NCBI GenBank assembly: GCA_965200245.1
Contig: CBDATS010000004.1
Location: 544,001 to 608,000 of the forward strand
Source of the DNA: a bacterium
Lineage (GTDB): Bacteria > UBA8248
Length of the DNA stretch: 64,000 nucleotides
Reading direction: 5' to 3'
Numbering within the stretch: position 1 is the first letter of the stretch; the number at the start of each line of letters is the position of its first letter. The notes under the pieces are model-generated. The model made no database searches, had not been told where the DNA came from, and worked only from the letters and a program-made list of their open reading frames with translations. Below are positions 1-9,152 of this stretch, piece by piece. The position numbers were made by a program, and so were the translations under genes.

Positions 1-790
1 GTTCGATGATGGCCGCCGCGTGGCCGAAGCTCACACCCTGCGGGGCGGTTTCGTTCACCATCCCCGCGATGAAGGCGACCACCGGCTTGGTGAAACCGTC
101 CTCGCCCATCAGCCGCGCTGCGTCCTCTTCGGCGCACGAACCCGGCTCTCCGAACAGGACGACACACTCGGTATCCGGATCGTCTTCGAACAAGGGCATG
201 AGTTCCGAAAAAGGAGCACCCACCATGGCGTCTCCCCCCACGCTCACATAGGTGCTCTGGCCGATTCCTTCCCGTGTCAAGAGCCAGCAGGTCTCACTGC
301 CCATCCCCCCGCTTCTGCTGAGCACGCCCACGGGTCCACGCCTGAACAGGAGGTTGGTGACGGGCAAGCCCCCGCCTGTACCGCCCATCTTGGCCCGTCC
401 CGGGCTTATGATACCCTGGCTGTTGGGACCTACGAGCCGCACGCCCTCGCGCCTTGCGTGGGCGATCATCCGTGCCACATCGTGCCGGGGAACGCCCTCG
501 GCGCATACGAGAATCAGATCGACACCCGCCTTCGCCGCCTCTATCGCCGAATCCGCCGCAGAGGCGGCCGGAACGAACAAGACGGCAGCGTCCGCTCGAT
601 GTTCGCCCAATGCAGTGGCGAACGAATCAAAAACGGGTATGCCGTCGCAATCCTCGCCTCCACGACCGGGCACCACACCCGCCACTACGCGGGTTCCGTA
701 CTTACGCATGAAGCCCGTGTGGGCGCGCGCCTGCCAGCCCGTGATCCCCGCCACGACGACGCGCGTTGCCTCGTCAATCAAAATGCTCAA
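1..790 (-). CDS. sucD: Succinyl-CoA synthetase alpha-like CoA ligase subunit (3' end runs off the window)
   Basis: Not in ORF track. Manual translation from TTG at 790 (GAGGTG upstream) gives MSILIDEATRVVVAGITGWQARAHT...VVAGVVPGRGG; phospho-His motif GVSFGHAAAII at window start; overlaps the end of the beta-subunit gene. Confidence 0.85.
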   Translation of the reverse strand, partial: MSILIDEATRVVVAGITGWQARAHTGFMRKYGTRVVAGVVPGRGGEDCDGIPVFDSFATALGEHRADAAVLFVPAASAADSAIEAAKAGVDLILVCAEGVPRHDVARMIAHARREGVRLVGPNSQGIISPGRAKMGGTGGGLPVTNLLFRRGPVGVLSRSGGMGSETCWLLTREGIGQSTYVSVGGDAMVGAPFSELMPLFEDDPDTECVVLFGEPGSCAEEDAARLMGEDGFTKPVVAFIAGMVNETAPQGVSFGHAAAIIE

Positions 791-2042
791 CTTGCACCTC
801 CGGTGTCGTCCACGACTCGCCGCGTTTGATGGCTTCCACCTGCGCGATGATGCGCTCGGCCGCTTCTTCGAGTGTCACTTCATCCCCAAGATACTGAAGA
901 CCAGGGCAGCCTGCGGCGATTTCCCGCGCTTCCTCCCCGCCCGCGCCCGCGAACCGAACGATGAAGGGGAATTTCGCGAGGTCGACTTCCATCTCCTCCA
1001 CCGCTCGGACAATGGCGCGGACTTTTAGCTGAACGCGCGAGAAACTTGTGATGTTGCTGCCTGCGAGCACACCCTTCACATGCGGCATACGGAGAATTTC
1101 TTTCGTGATCTCGAAATACTTCTCTTCCAGCGGACCCGGCGTGATATCGAACGCCGTCGCGGGTTTTCCGCCCAAGCGCGCCATCGTGTCCAGCAGGTAC
1201 AGGCCGCCCCCTCCCCCACTCCACATGAGGGCGATCTCCCCGCCCTCGATTTCCGTGAAGCGCGTCGTGTTGTATGGAAGTATCCTGGCGTCAATCTCTG
1301 CCACCCTCGCCTCCAGCAGTGTGGGCGGCCGCCAGCCGCCGTCCGAATCCTCATCAAGCAGTTGCCTGAGTTCTTCGTGGCGGAACAGCGCGTCCGGATC
1401 CAGATCGAGCACACATGCAGCAGCGAGGACATCATCCCTGTCGGTCAAGACGAGGGGATTCACCTCCAGGAGCCGCGCCTCGGTACGGCGAAAAAGCGCG
1501 TAGCAGGCTTCCAGAGCCAGTGCCGCGCGGTATAAACCCTCACCGTGCACCCCACAGGCACGAAGATACGAGATGCAGTGCTCCTCACTCAGGCCATCTA
1601 GGATATCGACTTCAAACCGTTTAAGGGCGTCTGGATTATCTTCCAGGAGCGTTTCTATCTCCACGCCGCCATCGGTGCTGAACATCACGATCGGCCCGCG
1701 CGAGGCACTGTCAAAGGCGATGGAAAGATACCATTCCTGCGCGATCACGACTTTCTCTTCCACCAACAGTCGTTTCACGGGAAAATGGTGCACGGTGCGG
1801 CCCATGAGCTTTCGCGCCACATCTTCCGCCGCACCTGGCGTATCGGCGGAGAGAACCGCCCCCGCCTTGCCGCGCTTCCCCACGGGAACCAGCGCTTTCA
1901 CCATTACGGGACCGCCGATTGCGCGCGCCGCCTCGGCCGCCTCCGCAGGCATGCTCACGGAGTGGCCTCGGGGGACCGCCACGCCTGCATCTCTCAGAAG
2001 CAGTTTGGCCCTGTCCTCGAACACGCGGGGCATGGTTATCAC
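774..2042 (-). CDS. sucC: Succinyl-CoA synthetase beta-like ATP-grasp CoA ligase subunit (divergent paralogue)
   Basis: Motifs VMVKALVPVGKRGKAGAV, LLVEE, LLEVNPLV, LDPDALFRH; coupled to the alpha subunit; start may be ATG 2033. Confidence 0.8.
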   Translation of the reverse strand: MITMPRVFEDRAKLLLRDAGVAVPRGHSVSMPAEAAEAARAIGGPVMVKALVPVGKRGKAGAVLSADTPGAAEDVARKLMGRTVHHFPVKRLLVEEKVVIAQEWYLSIAFDSASRGPIVMFSTDGGVEIETLLEDNPDALKRFEVDILDGLSEEHCISYLRACGVHGEGLYRAALALEACYALFRRTEARLLEVNPLVLTDRDDVLAAACVLDLDPDALFRHEELRQLLDEDSDGGWRPPTLLEARVAEIDARILPYNTTRFTEIEGGEIALMWSGGGGGLYLLDTMARLGGKPATAFDITPGPLEEKYFEITKEILRMPHVKGVLAGSNITSFSRVQLKVRAIVRAVEEMEVDLAKFPFIVRFAGAGGEEAREIAAGCPGLQYLGDEVTLEEAAERIIAQVEAIKRGESWTTPEVQVEHFD

Positions 2043-2065
2043 ACCGGAAACGGTAGGGAGCGCGC

Positions 2066-2860
2066 CTACAGGATAGCCACGGGGCGGACGGGCGAGCCCG
2101 TGCCGCCGCGCACCTTGAGCGGCAGACAGACGAAGAGGAATTCATACGCGCGCGCCTGGCTCAATTCCTCCAGCACGGCGACTTCAAGCAAATGGATTCC
2201 GCTGTCCACCAGCATGTGACAGTGCACGGGCAAGGAAGGTGCCGGCAGCACCTCGACAGCGAAGTTGTCACTACCCACCATGAAGATTCCCTTGTCGGAG
2301 AGCCACGTGGCGGCTTCGAGGTCGATGCCGGGCACGCCGCCCTTTTGGTGGTAATAGTTCCGGCCCGGCCAGTAGCGCATGTGACCCGTACGCACGAGAA
2401 CGACATCACCCTCCTCCACCTTCACCCCTTGCGCTGCAGCGGCAGTTTCAAGTTCTCCCCTGGTGATGGGTCGGCCTGCCTCCAACACGTCTTTTTCGAG
2501 ATGTCCCGCCAAGTCGAGCATAACGCCGCGCCTGACCACGGGCGCTACGCTCTCGATGCCGTGGCTCTTCAATACCCCGGTCTTGCTCTGGTGCTCGGTG
2601 ACGTTCAGGCCGCCATGGAGCTTCATGTCCCGAGCGACGTGACCCAAGGCGTCGATATGCGTGCCGGTGTGGCCCGTGCAGAAGAACGTATCCACCGCCG
2701 AACACGCGCCTCCTGCATACATGAAGTCGCCGTGTTCCCTGATCATGGAATACCCGAAGGGGCCATGGATCGGCACGTGGGGCATACCGGGAAAGAGTTC
2801 GACACCCAAATCGAATACCCTGCTGCCGCGCACAATAGTCCGCACGTCTTCCAGGTTCAT
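2066..2860 (-). CDS. Cyclase family metal-dependent hydrolase (kynurenine formamidase-like)
   Basis: HTGTHIDALGH motif, GDVVLVRTG, VGSDNFAVE, C-terminal PLKVRGGTGSPVRPVAI. Confidence 0.9.
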   Translation of the reverse strand: MNLEDVRTIVRGSRVFDLGVELFPGMPHVPIHGPFGYSMIREHGDFMYAGGACSAVDTFFCTGHTGTHIDALGHVARDMKLHGGLNVTEHQSKTGVLKSHGIESVAPVVRRGVMLDLAGHLEKDVLEAGRPITRGELETAAAAQGVKVEEGDVVLVRTGHMRYWPGRNYYHQKGGVPGIDLEAATWLSDKGIFMVGSDNFAVEVLPAPSLPVHCHMLVDSGIHLLEVAVLEELSQARAYEFLFVCLPLKVRGGTGSPVRPVAIL

Positions 2861-3327
2861 CGTTCCCTCAAACGGAATTCAGGAAATTTTTCCGAGACGT
2901 TTCACAACGCATTATACCTGGCAACAAGTGTTCACAACTCCTGTTGGGTTAGTCCCCGTATATTCCAACGTCGCCGACCCCTGGAAACGCTTCATGAGAA
3001 ATGTCCGGGAGTTTTAGCCTCGAATGTCCAGTACCCATAGGGATTGAGCGAGTGATTCAGGCCTTTGGTCATCTTTGTCGCAGCCGTCAAAATTCGTGTT
3101 TCTCTCCTTAATGGAAAACCACAAGATATTGCACCAAAACCCAACCCATAGGAAAACACAAGAGGTTGTATCCCAAACCGAAAAATGAGGCGATGCCCAA
3201 CAAAAAAGGGAATCCCATGAATGATATTCTATAATTCCTTGCAGGAACACGCAAAATGAAGATGACTTCAGCAGCAAGGGAAAAAGGATAAAACGCGTAT
3301 TTTTAAACCCGACCGGAGCAGAGGCGC

Positions 3328-3750
3328 ATGAATTATTGGGCGTACGTTCACCCGGCCTTTCAGATTGTGACGCTCTCGCTAGGCCTGATCACGATGGCGA
3401 ACGGCCTGCGCGTGAGGCGCTCGCGCAAGGGACGCGCAGGAGCAGAGACGGCGCGCATCGCTCGCCTGCACATGCGGCTCGGACGCTGGTCCGTTGCCTT
3501 ATTCACGACGGGCTACGCTTTAGGGCTGGGCGGAATGCGCTTTGCCATGGAAGAACCTCTCTACGAGACAGCGCACAGCTATTTCGCCACCCTGGCGCTG
3601 GGCCTCTTCTGGGCAACGGCCTACCTGGGCCGAAGGCTGAGAAGAAACCTCAAGAACGTGGATGTAAGGCAGATCCACTCCTACTGCGGTTTTCTCGCTG
3701 TTTTTCTCGCACTGTTCGTCTCTGTCCTGGGAATGCGGCTGTTGCCCTAG
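3328..3750 (+). CDS. DUF4079-like four-TM membrane protein (cytochrome b561-like His pattern)
   Basis: Four hydrophobic segments with conserved His (VHP, RLHMRLG, AHSYF, QIHSY); GGAG/GAGG RBS. Confidence 0.65.
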   Translation: MNYWAYVHPAFQIVTLSLGLITMANGLRVRRSRKGRAGAETARIARLHMRLGRWSVALFTTGYALGLGGMRFAMEEPLYETAHSYFATLALGLFWATAYLGRRLRRNLKNVDVRQIHSYCGFLAVFLALFVSVLGMRLLP

Positions 3751-3829
3751 CATCTCTGAAAAAGCGAATCGTGGACTGTCCGGCTCATTGCGGTCGACCG
3801 GTGAGAGCGGTTTTCGTACTCAGGGGCCA

Positions 3830-4604
3830 AAACTGCAGACAAACATCTGGCCCCTGGAAACGATATCTGTCTCGATATGGCAGGGATACATCCAGCAGGG
3901 CATCTCCGGTCGACATTACCTATCGCCTGAGCGATTCAAGTAACAGAAGCTCCGCCCGAAATCCACGTATGACCCTTGTATGTGTATCGTCCAGGAATTA
4001 GCCACCGTGAATTCAATATCCAAACCAATCGCCCATCCGAATTCAGTCGTAACGTCGCGAAAGGAATCATCAGAGTCAAAGCGCCGTGGTGCATCCGGGC
4101 TGAAAACGATGTCGGTCCCCGAATTCTCGAACCGAACGGCTGCAATCCCGTCTTCAAAGAACGCCGTCATGGGGCTGACGGACGACCGCCCCAACTTACG
4201 CTGCCGCTTTTCACCGAATTTCAAATTCACCGTTTCATGCATCCTTGCGGATCCGGCCTGTTCGACACGGCCTTTACGTCTACGAACGTCGCGTCTGCTA
4301 CAACCCGGAGCGGCAAGCCGCCGTGCCGGAACTTCGTTCCTGTCAACCCATCGGTCAGGAAACCGGTATCCAGATAACCAAGCACCGACCCGTCACTGTC
4401 TTGGTTCGCAAACCCGGCAAAGTCGACAAATCGGTTTTCCATTCACGCGAACCCGGCACCAGCACTCGCGTACGTCGCAGCCCACTCAAACCGGACATCG
4501 CCCTTCCCGGTGCTTGCGGGATCGGAGAATGCCAGCGTCAGAATAGCGGAAAGCGCGATCACGACACTCCGCAACGCGTCGCAGCGTCACAAATACACGC
4601 TCAT
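3830..4604 (-). pseudogene. Degraded outer-membrane beta-barrel protein (Omp25/RopB-like)
   Basis: Signal-like segment, in-frame TGA before 4442, frameshift near 4240; barrel motif GWAIGLDIEFTVANSWTIHIQGSYVDFG; ends approximate. Confidence 0.55.
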
Positions 4605-4806
4605 CACTGAAACCTTTTCTATTACGGGTATCATCGACATGCACATCATAGCGATTTTCCTTCCACAATTCGCAGCGACGTCATTCCACTCAAGTCCTCC
4701 ATTTTGATACAATGTATATGGTGTTAACGCTCCATGAGGCAAAATCCATGACCCGAATCCCTTTCCTGCTATCGCACCGAACCCATCCTCCCGGAGAGGA
4801 TGCGCC

Positions 4807-5451
4807 ATGTTGAAAAAATCGAGGTCCACTCTCCTTGGATCACTCCTAGTTGCCTCGGTCTGGGCCGCTTTTCCTGTCTATGCTGCGAATCAAAGCGCCA
4901 AGAACCCCTGCGCAGCCAAGAATCCATGTGCAACGAAGAACGCCTGCACCAGAGTCGGGAAAAACCCCTGCGGAGAGAATCCCGGCTCTCGAACGCCGGA
5001 AACCACGCACATTGGCAATCCTGCAAACTCCGGTGCGGGCGGTGCGGCTCCCGTGAGAAACGAGTCCGTCATGCTCATCGGCAAAGTCACCGACAGCGGC
5101 AAGGATTATCTGGACGTGCGCACCTCCACCGGGAACAGCGTGCGCGTCCATGTCACCAAGAACACGCTGGCGCATCTGGGCTCCAAACCGATCAGTCCCA
5201 CCCCTGTCAGGACCGGAACCCGTGTGAACATCTCCACACAGGCGAGAAGCGGCTACTACAAGGCGAACTTCATCTACGCGATCGAAAGTGACGGGAGCAA
5301 TCCACGCGCAGCCGAACCTCGCGCGATTAGCCAGGGCGCGCAAGGAAACACCGCCGGCAGGGACGTGAACAAGGTCAAGAACATTGGCGGGAGTAATCCG
5401 CGTGCGTCGAAGAGCGCCTGCGTAAAGAACCCGTGCGCGCCGGGTTGTTGA
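4807..5451 (+). CDS. Secreted protein with N- and C-terminal NPC repeats around a DUF5666/OB-fold-like beta domain
   Basis: Signal peptide; AKNPCAAKNPCATKNAC...KNPC; central LIGKVTDSGKDYLDVRTSTGNSVRVHVTKNT; ends ACVKNPCAPGC; GAGAGG RBS. Confidence 0.75.
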   Translation: MLKKSRSTLLGSLLVASVWAAFPVYAANQSAKNPCAAKNPCATKNACTRVGKNPCGENPGSRTPETTHIGNPANSGAGGAAPVRNESVMLIGKVTDSGKDYLDVRTSTGNSVRVHVTKNTLAHLGSKPISPTPVRTGTRVNISTQARSGYYKANFIYAIESDGSNPRAAEPRAISQGAQGNTAGRDVNKVKNIGGSNPRASKSACVKNPCAPGC

Positions 5452-5537
5452 TAACGCCCCGCAGGGAGAGGACATCGAGTTTCATGGAATCGTATAGTGC
5501 CCTCGGGGCCTGATTGCTACCCTGCAAGGAGAACACG

Positions 5538-6185
5538 ATGAGAACGGCGAAGCGGGTGCTCATTCTCGCGCTGAATCTGGGGTTGCTGGTTCCCGGGATT
5601 GTCCCTGCAGCGAGTATCACACATCCGCCTTACTTCTATACCCAAAAACACGACAACAGCGTGAAGGACGCCGTCGCCCGGGGCAGGAAACTTTTCCGCA
5701 GCCTCGGCTGCGTGGGCTGCCATCCCAGAGGACGCACTATCCGAGGGACTGCAGTAGACGTATCAGGTGTCAGACATCCCGTTCCCATTCCCACGCTCAT
5801 CGGAGCGGCGGAGCACTTTCCGCGCCTGAGTCCGTCGGGCCAGGTGGTGAGCGTAGGCCAATTCAACGACTTCTGCGCTACAACATTCATCGGTAATCCG
5901 CCCATGGACCCTTACTCCCAAAAATACAAGGACCTGGAAACCTACGTGGTTTCGCTCTCACCTGCGCGCTACAAGCGCATGCTCGAATGGGAGTCAAAGC
6001 GCAAGGCGTTCATGAGGACGAGCCGAGACGCAGGAGGAGGCGCAAACCCTGGCGGAAGCAATCCTGCCGTGCCTGGGAACCCGCCTCACGCGAATAATCC
6101 GCACATACCTCAAAACCGGCCCGCCGCCCAAAACCCCTGTGCCGCCAAAAATCCATGTGCGAACAATCCATGCGCCAGGAAATAA
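5538..6185 (+). CDS. Periplasmic monoheme cytochrome c (SoxA/TsdA-like domain) with C-terminal NPC repeats
   Basis: AAGGAG RBS then ATG 5538; signal peptide; CVGCH heme motif; FPRL..GQVVSVGQFNDFC..PM.P.S..YKDLETYV resembles the SoxA/TsdA heme domain; tail QNPCAAKNPCANNPCARK. Confidence 0.75.
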   Translation: MRTAKRVLILALNLGLLVPGIVPAASITHPPYFYTQKHDNSVKDAVARGRKLFRSLGCVGCHPRGRTIRGTAVDVSGVRHPVPIPTLIGAAEHFPRLSPSGQVVSVGQFNDFCATTFIGNPPMDPYSQKYKDLETYVVSLSPARYKRMLEWESKRKAFMRTSRDAGGGANPGGSNPAVPGNPPHANNPHIPQNRPAAQNPCAAKNPCANNPCARK

Positions 6186-6259
6186 CGGAGTTTGAACCGG
6201 CACCACCGAGGATCATCCGGCATACAACATAGCCGGGAAAGACGACGAAGGACGGAAGA

Positions 6260-7060
6260 ATGATGTTTGGGAAGAAAGGGAGTTTCGGGATCGCTCTGGC
6301 GCTCTCGTTATACCTCGCGTTACCCGCCACCTCCCTCGCGGCGAAGAGGATACCCCCCCATCCTGAGACGGCGAAGCAAAACGGCGGAGACTACTGGCGG
6401 GGCAAGAAGATATATGAGGAAATCTGCTTCTCCTGCCATGGGGTCAAGGGCGACGGCAAGGGACCGATCTGGCGCACGGTGAGACCGAGACCGCAGGTTT
6501 TCATCAGCCCCTACATGAAGCGCATGACGGACGACTACATGTTCACCGTCGTGAAGTTCGGCAAGATGAACACCCTCAAAAACCGGACCAAAGGCCATAG
6601 GATCCAAAACGGCGTCCCCACCGCCATGCCCTCTTTCGGTGAAGCGATCGAAGACGGACAGATACGAAAACTCATCAGGTGGGTACGCGGCTTCAGCCAA
6701 GGTAATCAACCGAAAGATGAGCGGACCCGGAAAACCTTCATCGACGCCTGTTCTCCGTGCCACGGCAGAAAGGGCCTCGGCAATGGAACCCGCCCGGTGG
6801 AGGATCAGAACCCCGGCAAGCCGTTCATAAGCCACATCCAACCGCCGCCAATGAACTATCACCTGAAAGAACAGATGGCACGCTTTGGTGATGGGTTTCT
6901 CTTCTGGCTTGTCAAACTTGGACGCATCGACGTCACCGAGATGAAGAAGTTCGACTTCATGAAGTCCTACGGCCACCTGCTGAAAGACGAGGATATCTGG
7001 TCGGTCGTCCACTATGTCAGGGAAACATTCATCAACGGAAAACCGAGAAAGAAAAAATAG
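6260..7060 (+). CDS. Periplasmic diheme cytochrome c
   Basis: Signal peptide; two CxxCH motifs (CFSCHG, CSPCHG), each followed by a Met-ligand motif (TAMPSF, FMKSY) and a W..V helix. Confidence 0.85.
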   Translation: MMFGKKGSFGIALALSLYLALPATSLAAKRIPPHPETAKQNGGDYWRGKKIYEEICFSCHGVKGDGKGPIWRTVRPRPQVFISPYMKRMTDDYMFTVVKFGKMNTLKNRTKGHRIQNGVPTAMPSFGEAIEDGQIRKLIRWVRGFSQGNQPKDERTRKTFIDACSPCHGRKGLGNGTRPVEDQNPGKPFISHIQPPPMNYHLKEQMARFGDGFLFWLVKLGRIDVTEMKKFDFMKSYGHLLKDEDIWSVVHYVRETFINGKPRKKK

Positions 7061-7111
7061 AAGAGGAAGTCCAGAACTCCTCTAACTCCCGCCGCCACCG
7101 GGTGAAACCGA

Positions 7112-7540
7112 ATACGTTTATGGAGTCTTCATCCCAAATATCTGGACGCCAGAGGCCTCGTCGCCTTGTGGAGAGAAGCCCTCCTTGCACAGGCAGTTCT
7201 GGCGGACGAGGCAAAGGGCTATCGCAATCATCCCCAACTCGATCGTTTCCGCGCAGTCACCAGACCCGCCGCTCACATCACCGAATATCCGAGAGCCGTA
7301 CACACGGAATCCATCGAGCGCAACTACTGCTTCGATGAGAGCAAGACAGGCCGTCCTCGCTCTGCGAGGCGATTGGCCGTAACGAGCGGCCAGATTGATT
7401 TCGAATGGCAGCATCTGATGAAAAAGATCGAAACCCGCGCGCCTGAGCGACACGAAAAATTCACGCCAATTCTTTCGCCTGATCTTCATCCTCTCTTTCG
7501 CGTCATCCCCGGTGGCATCGCCGACTGGGAACATCCTTGA
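7112..7540 (+). pseudogene. Pyrimidine-dimer DNA glycosylase (T4 endonuclease V-like), start codon ATG changed to ATA
   Basis: Frame reads (I)RLWSLHPKYLDARGLVALWREALLAQAVL..KGYRNHPQLDRF, the family N-terminus; first codon at 7112 is ATA. Confidence 0.75.
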
Positions 7541-7661
7541 ACTTCGTTTCAGGCGAGACACGGCGTCAGGTTTATGGGAAACCACGCGCATCTCCCGAAA
7601 AATCGGGGAGTTCAAGACGCATGTCTAAATGATCACCCGACAATGGGAGTTCACGGTGTAT

Positions 7662-7967
7662 TTGAACGTCGAAACATTGCACAAGGATATCACCGCCTTT
7701 TGCGAGCGCTGAAAAGTGACGCAACTCGCTGTCTTTGGCTCCGCGTTACGCGAGGATTTCGGCCCCGACAGCGACGTTGACCTCCTCGTCAGTTTCGAGG
7801 ACAGCGCGCGTCATACGCTCTTCGACATGGTCCGGATGGAAGAGGACCTCAGAACTATTTTCGGACGTGATGTGGATCTCGTCAGTCGGCGCGGCATCGA
7901 GAAAAGCCGAAACCACCTGCGACGAAAGGCTATCCTGGAATCTGCGGAACTCCTTTATGGCTCGTGA
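7662..7967 (+). pseudogene. mntA: MNT (minimal nucleotidyltransferase) antitoxin with internal stop
   Basis: LNVETLHKDITAFCER*KVTQLAVFGSALREDFGPDSDVDLLV (GSx10DxD); TGA 7710-7712 at a position that is usually Trp. Confidence 0.8.
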
Positions 7968-8294
7968 TTTCCATACTTGCTGGATATTCTTGCATCGGCC
8001 CGGATGGCCTGAACTTATGTTGAAGGCGTCACACAACAGGAATTTCTCCAGGACACGAAATTACAGGACTCCGTCGTTCGCCGCATTGAAATTATCGGCG
8101 AGGCGGCAGGGCGCGTCTCATCTGCGTTTCGGGAAGAAAACCCTGCAATATCCTGGAACGGAACTCGGGGAATGCGAAATCGAATGGTCCATGTCTGTGA
8201 TGACATCGATATGGATATCGTATGGGAAACCGTGCAACAGGAAATCCCCTGCCTGATCACCCTGCTAGTACGACTCGCGCCACCCGAATCTTAA
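7957..8294 (+). pseudogene. hepT: HEPN (DUF86/HepT) RNase toxin, frameshifted and with internal TGA
   Basis: ATG overlaps mntA end; after an early frameshift reads YLLDILASARMA*TYVEG...IEIIGEAA...GMRNRMVHVCDDIDMDIVW (Rx4H motif). Confidence 0.8.
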
Positions 8295-8302
8295 CGTATC
8301 GC

Positions 8303-9124
8303 CTACGTATCCGCCGCCCAGACCTTGACGAGGGTGTGAAACTCCCCGTTTTCCCCGAAACGGTCGATGCACGCGGGCAAGGCCGTCATCATCGCGCGGT
8401 CGAAGCGCTGTCCGACTCTCACGATACTCCCCGCCTCTTTCGTCACCGCCGACACTTCGCAAACGGCGCCGCTCGCCTCGAGATCGTCCATTAGCGCCTC
8501 ATATGGTGCGCCCCACAACGGGAAGTGAAGTGATGTGCCAAGGTCGGCGGCCAACTCTCGAAACGCCTCAATGCGCCAATCACGTATGTGCTCGAGATGC
8601 AGATCGCCGAAGACGAAGCGCGTTATCTTCGGAATCATGCGAGCCGCCTTGGCAATACGCGCCTCATAGGCCTCTTCCGGATACAGCGGGACACCCAGCA
8701 GCGGGACTTCCAGATGTCCGGCCTGTCTCGCGACCAACTCGATATCGAGTTCTTGGTGCGCGATTTTCCGGCTCGCCGCGTCGAAGGTGGTGAGAAGAAC
8801 GACCGAGCGCAAACCCTCGCGCCACAAGGCCCGGCATGCAAGATAGCTGTCTTTACCGCCGCTCCAGAAAAGCATGTCCACGGGTTCAGAGGGGGGCAGA
8901 ACGTCGGTCATCCAGGTGGGTCTGCGGGCGAGGCGGGGACGTTCTTCCAACGGAACCGCCTCGTGCGCATAGGGACAGTGCCGGCAGCCGCTGCCGCAGC
9001 AACTCCCGCGCCTGTGCAGCCCGATTTCGGTGAAGACGCGCCATCCCGTCTTGGGGTCAATGTAGAATTCCTCTCCATTGCGGCACGCACACTCATGGAG
9101 AACCCGCCAGTTATCATTTTTCAT
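8303..9124 (-). CDS. DUF5522 Cys-rich domain fused to a Dph6/PP-loop ATP pyrophosphatase
   Basis: YIDPKTGWRVFT...RGSCCGSGCRHCPY then WSGGKDSYLA, FGDLHLEHIRDWR, FGENGEFHTLV; likely start ATG 9124. Confidence 0.8.
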   Translation of the reverse strand: MKNDNWRVLHECACRNGEEFYIDPKTGWRVFTEIGLHRRGSCCGSGCRHCPYAHEAVPLEERPRLARRPTWMTDVLPPSEPVDMLFWSGGKDSYLACRALWREGLRSVVLLTTFDAASRKIAHQELDIELVARQAGHLEVPLLGVPLYPEEAYEARIAKAARMIPKITRFVFGDLHLEHIRDWRIEAFRELAADLGTSLHFPLWGAPYEALMDDLEASGAVCEVSAVTKEAGSIVRVGQRFDRAMMTALPACIDRFGENGEFHTLVKVWAADT

Positions 9125-9152
9125 GGACTGTTTGAATTCGCTCTGACAGGCA

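Noticed and set aside
2880-3320. AT-rich intergenic region with TTCACAAC twice and recurring CCCA motifs
   Set aside because: Short, irregularly spaced motifs; cannot be told apart from chance or assigned to a regulator
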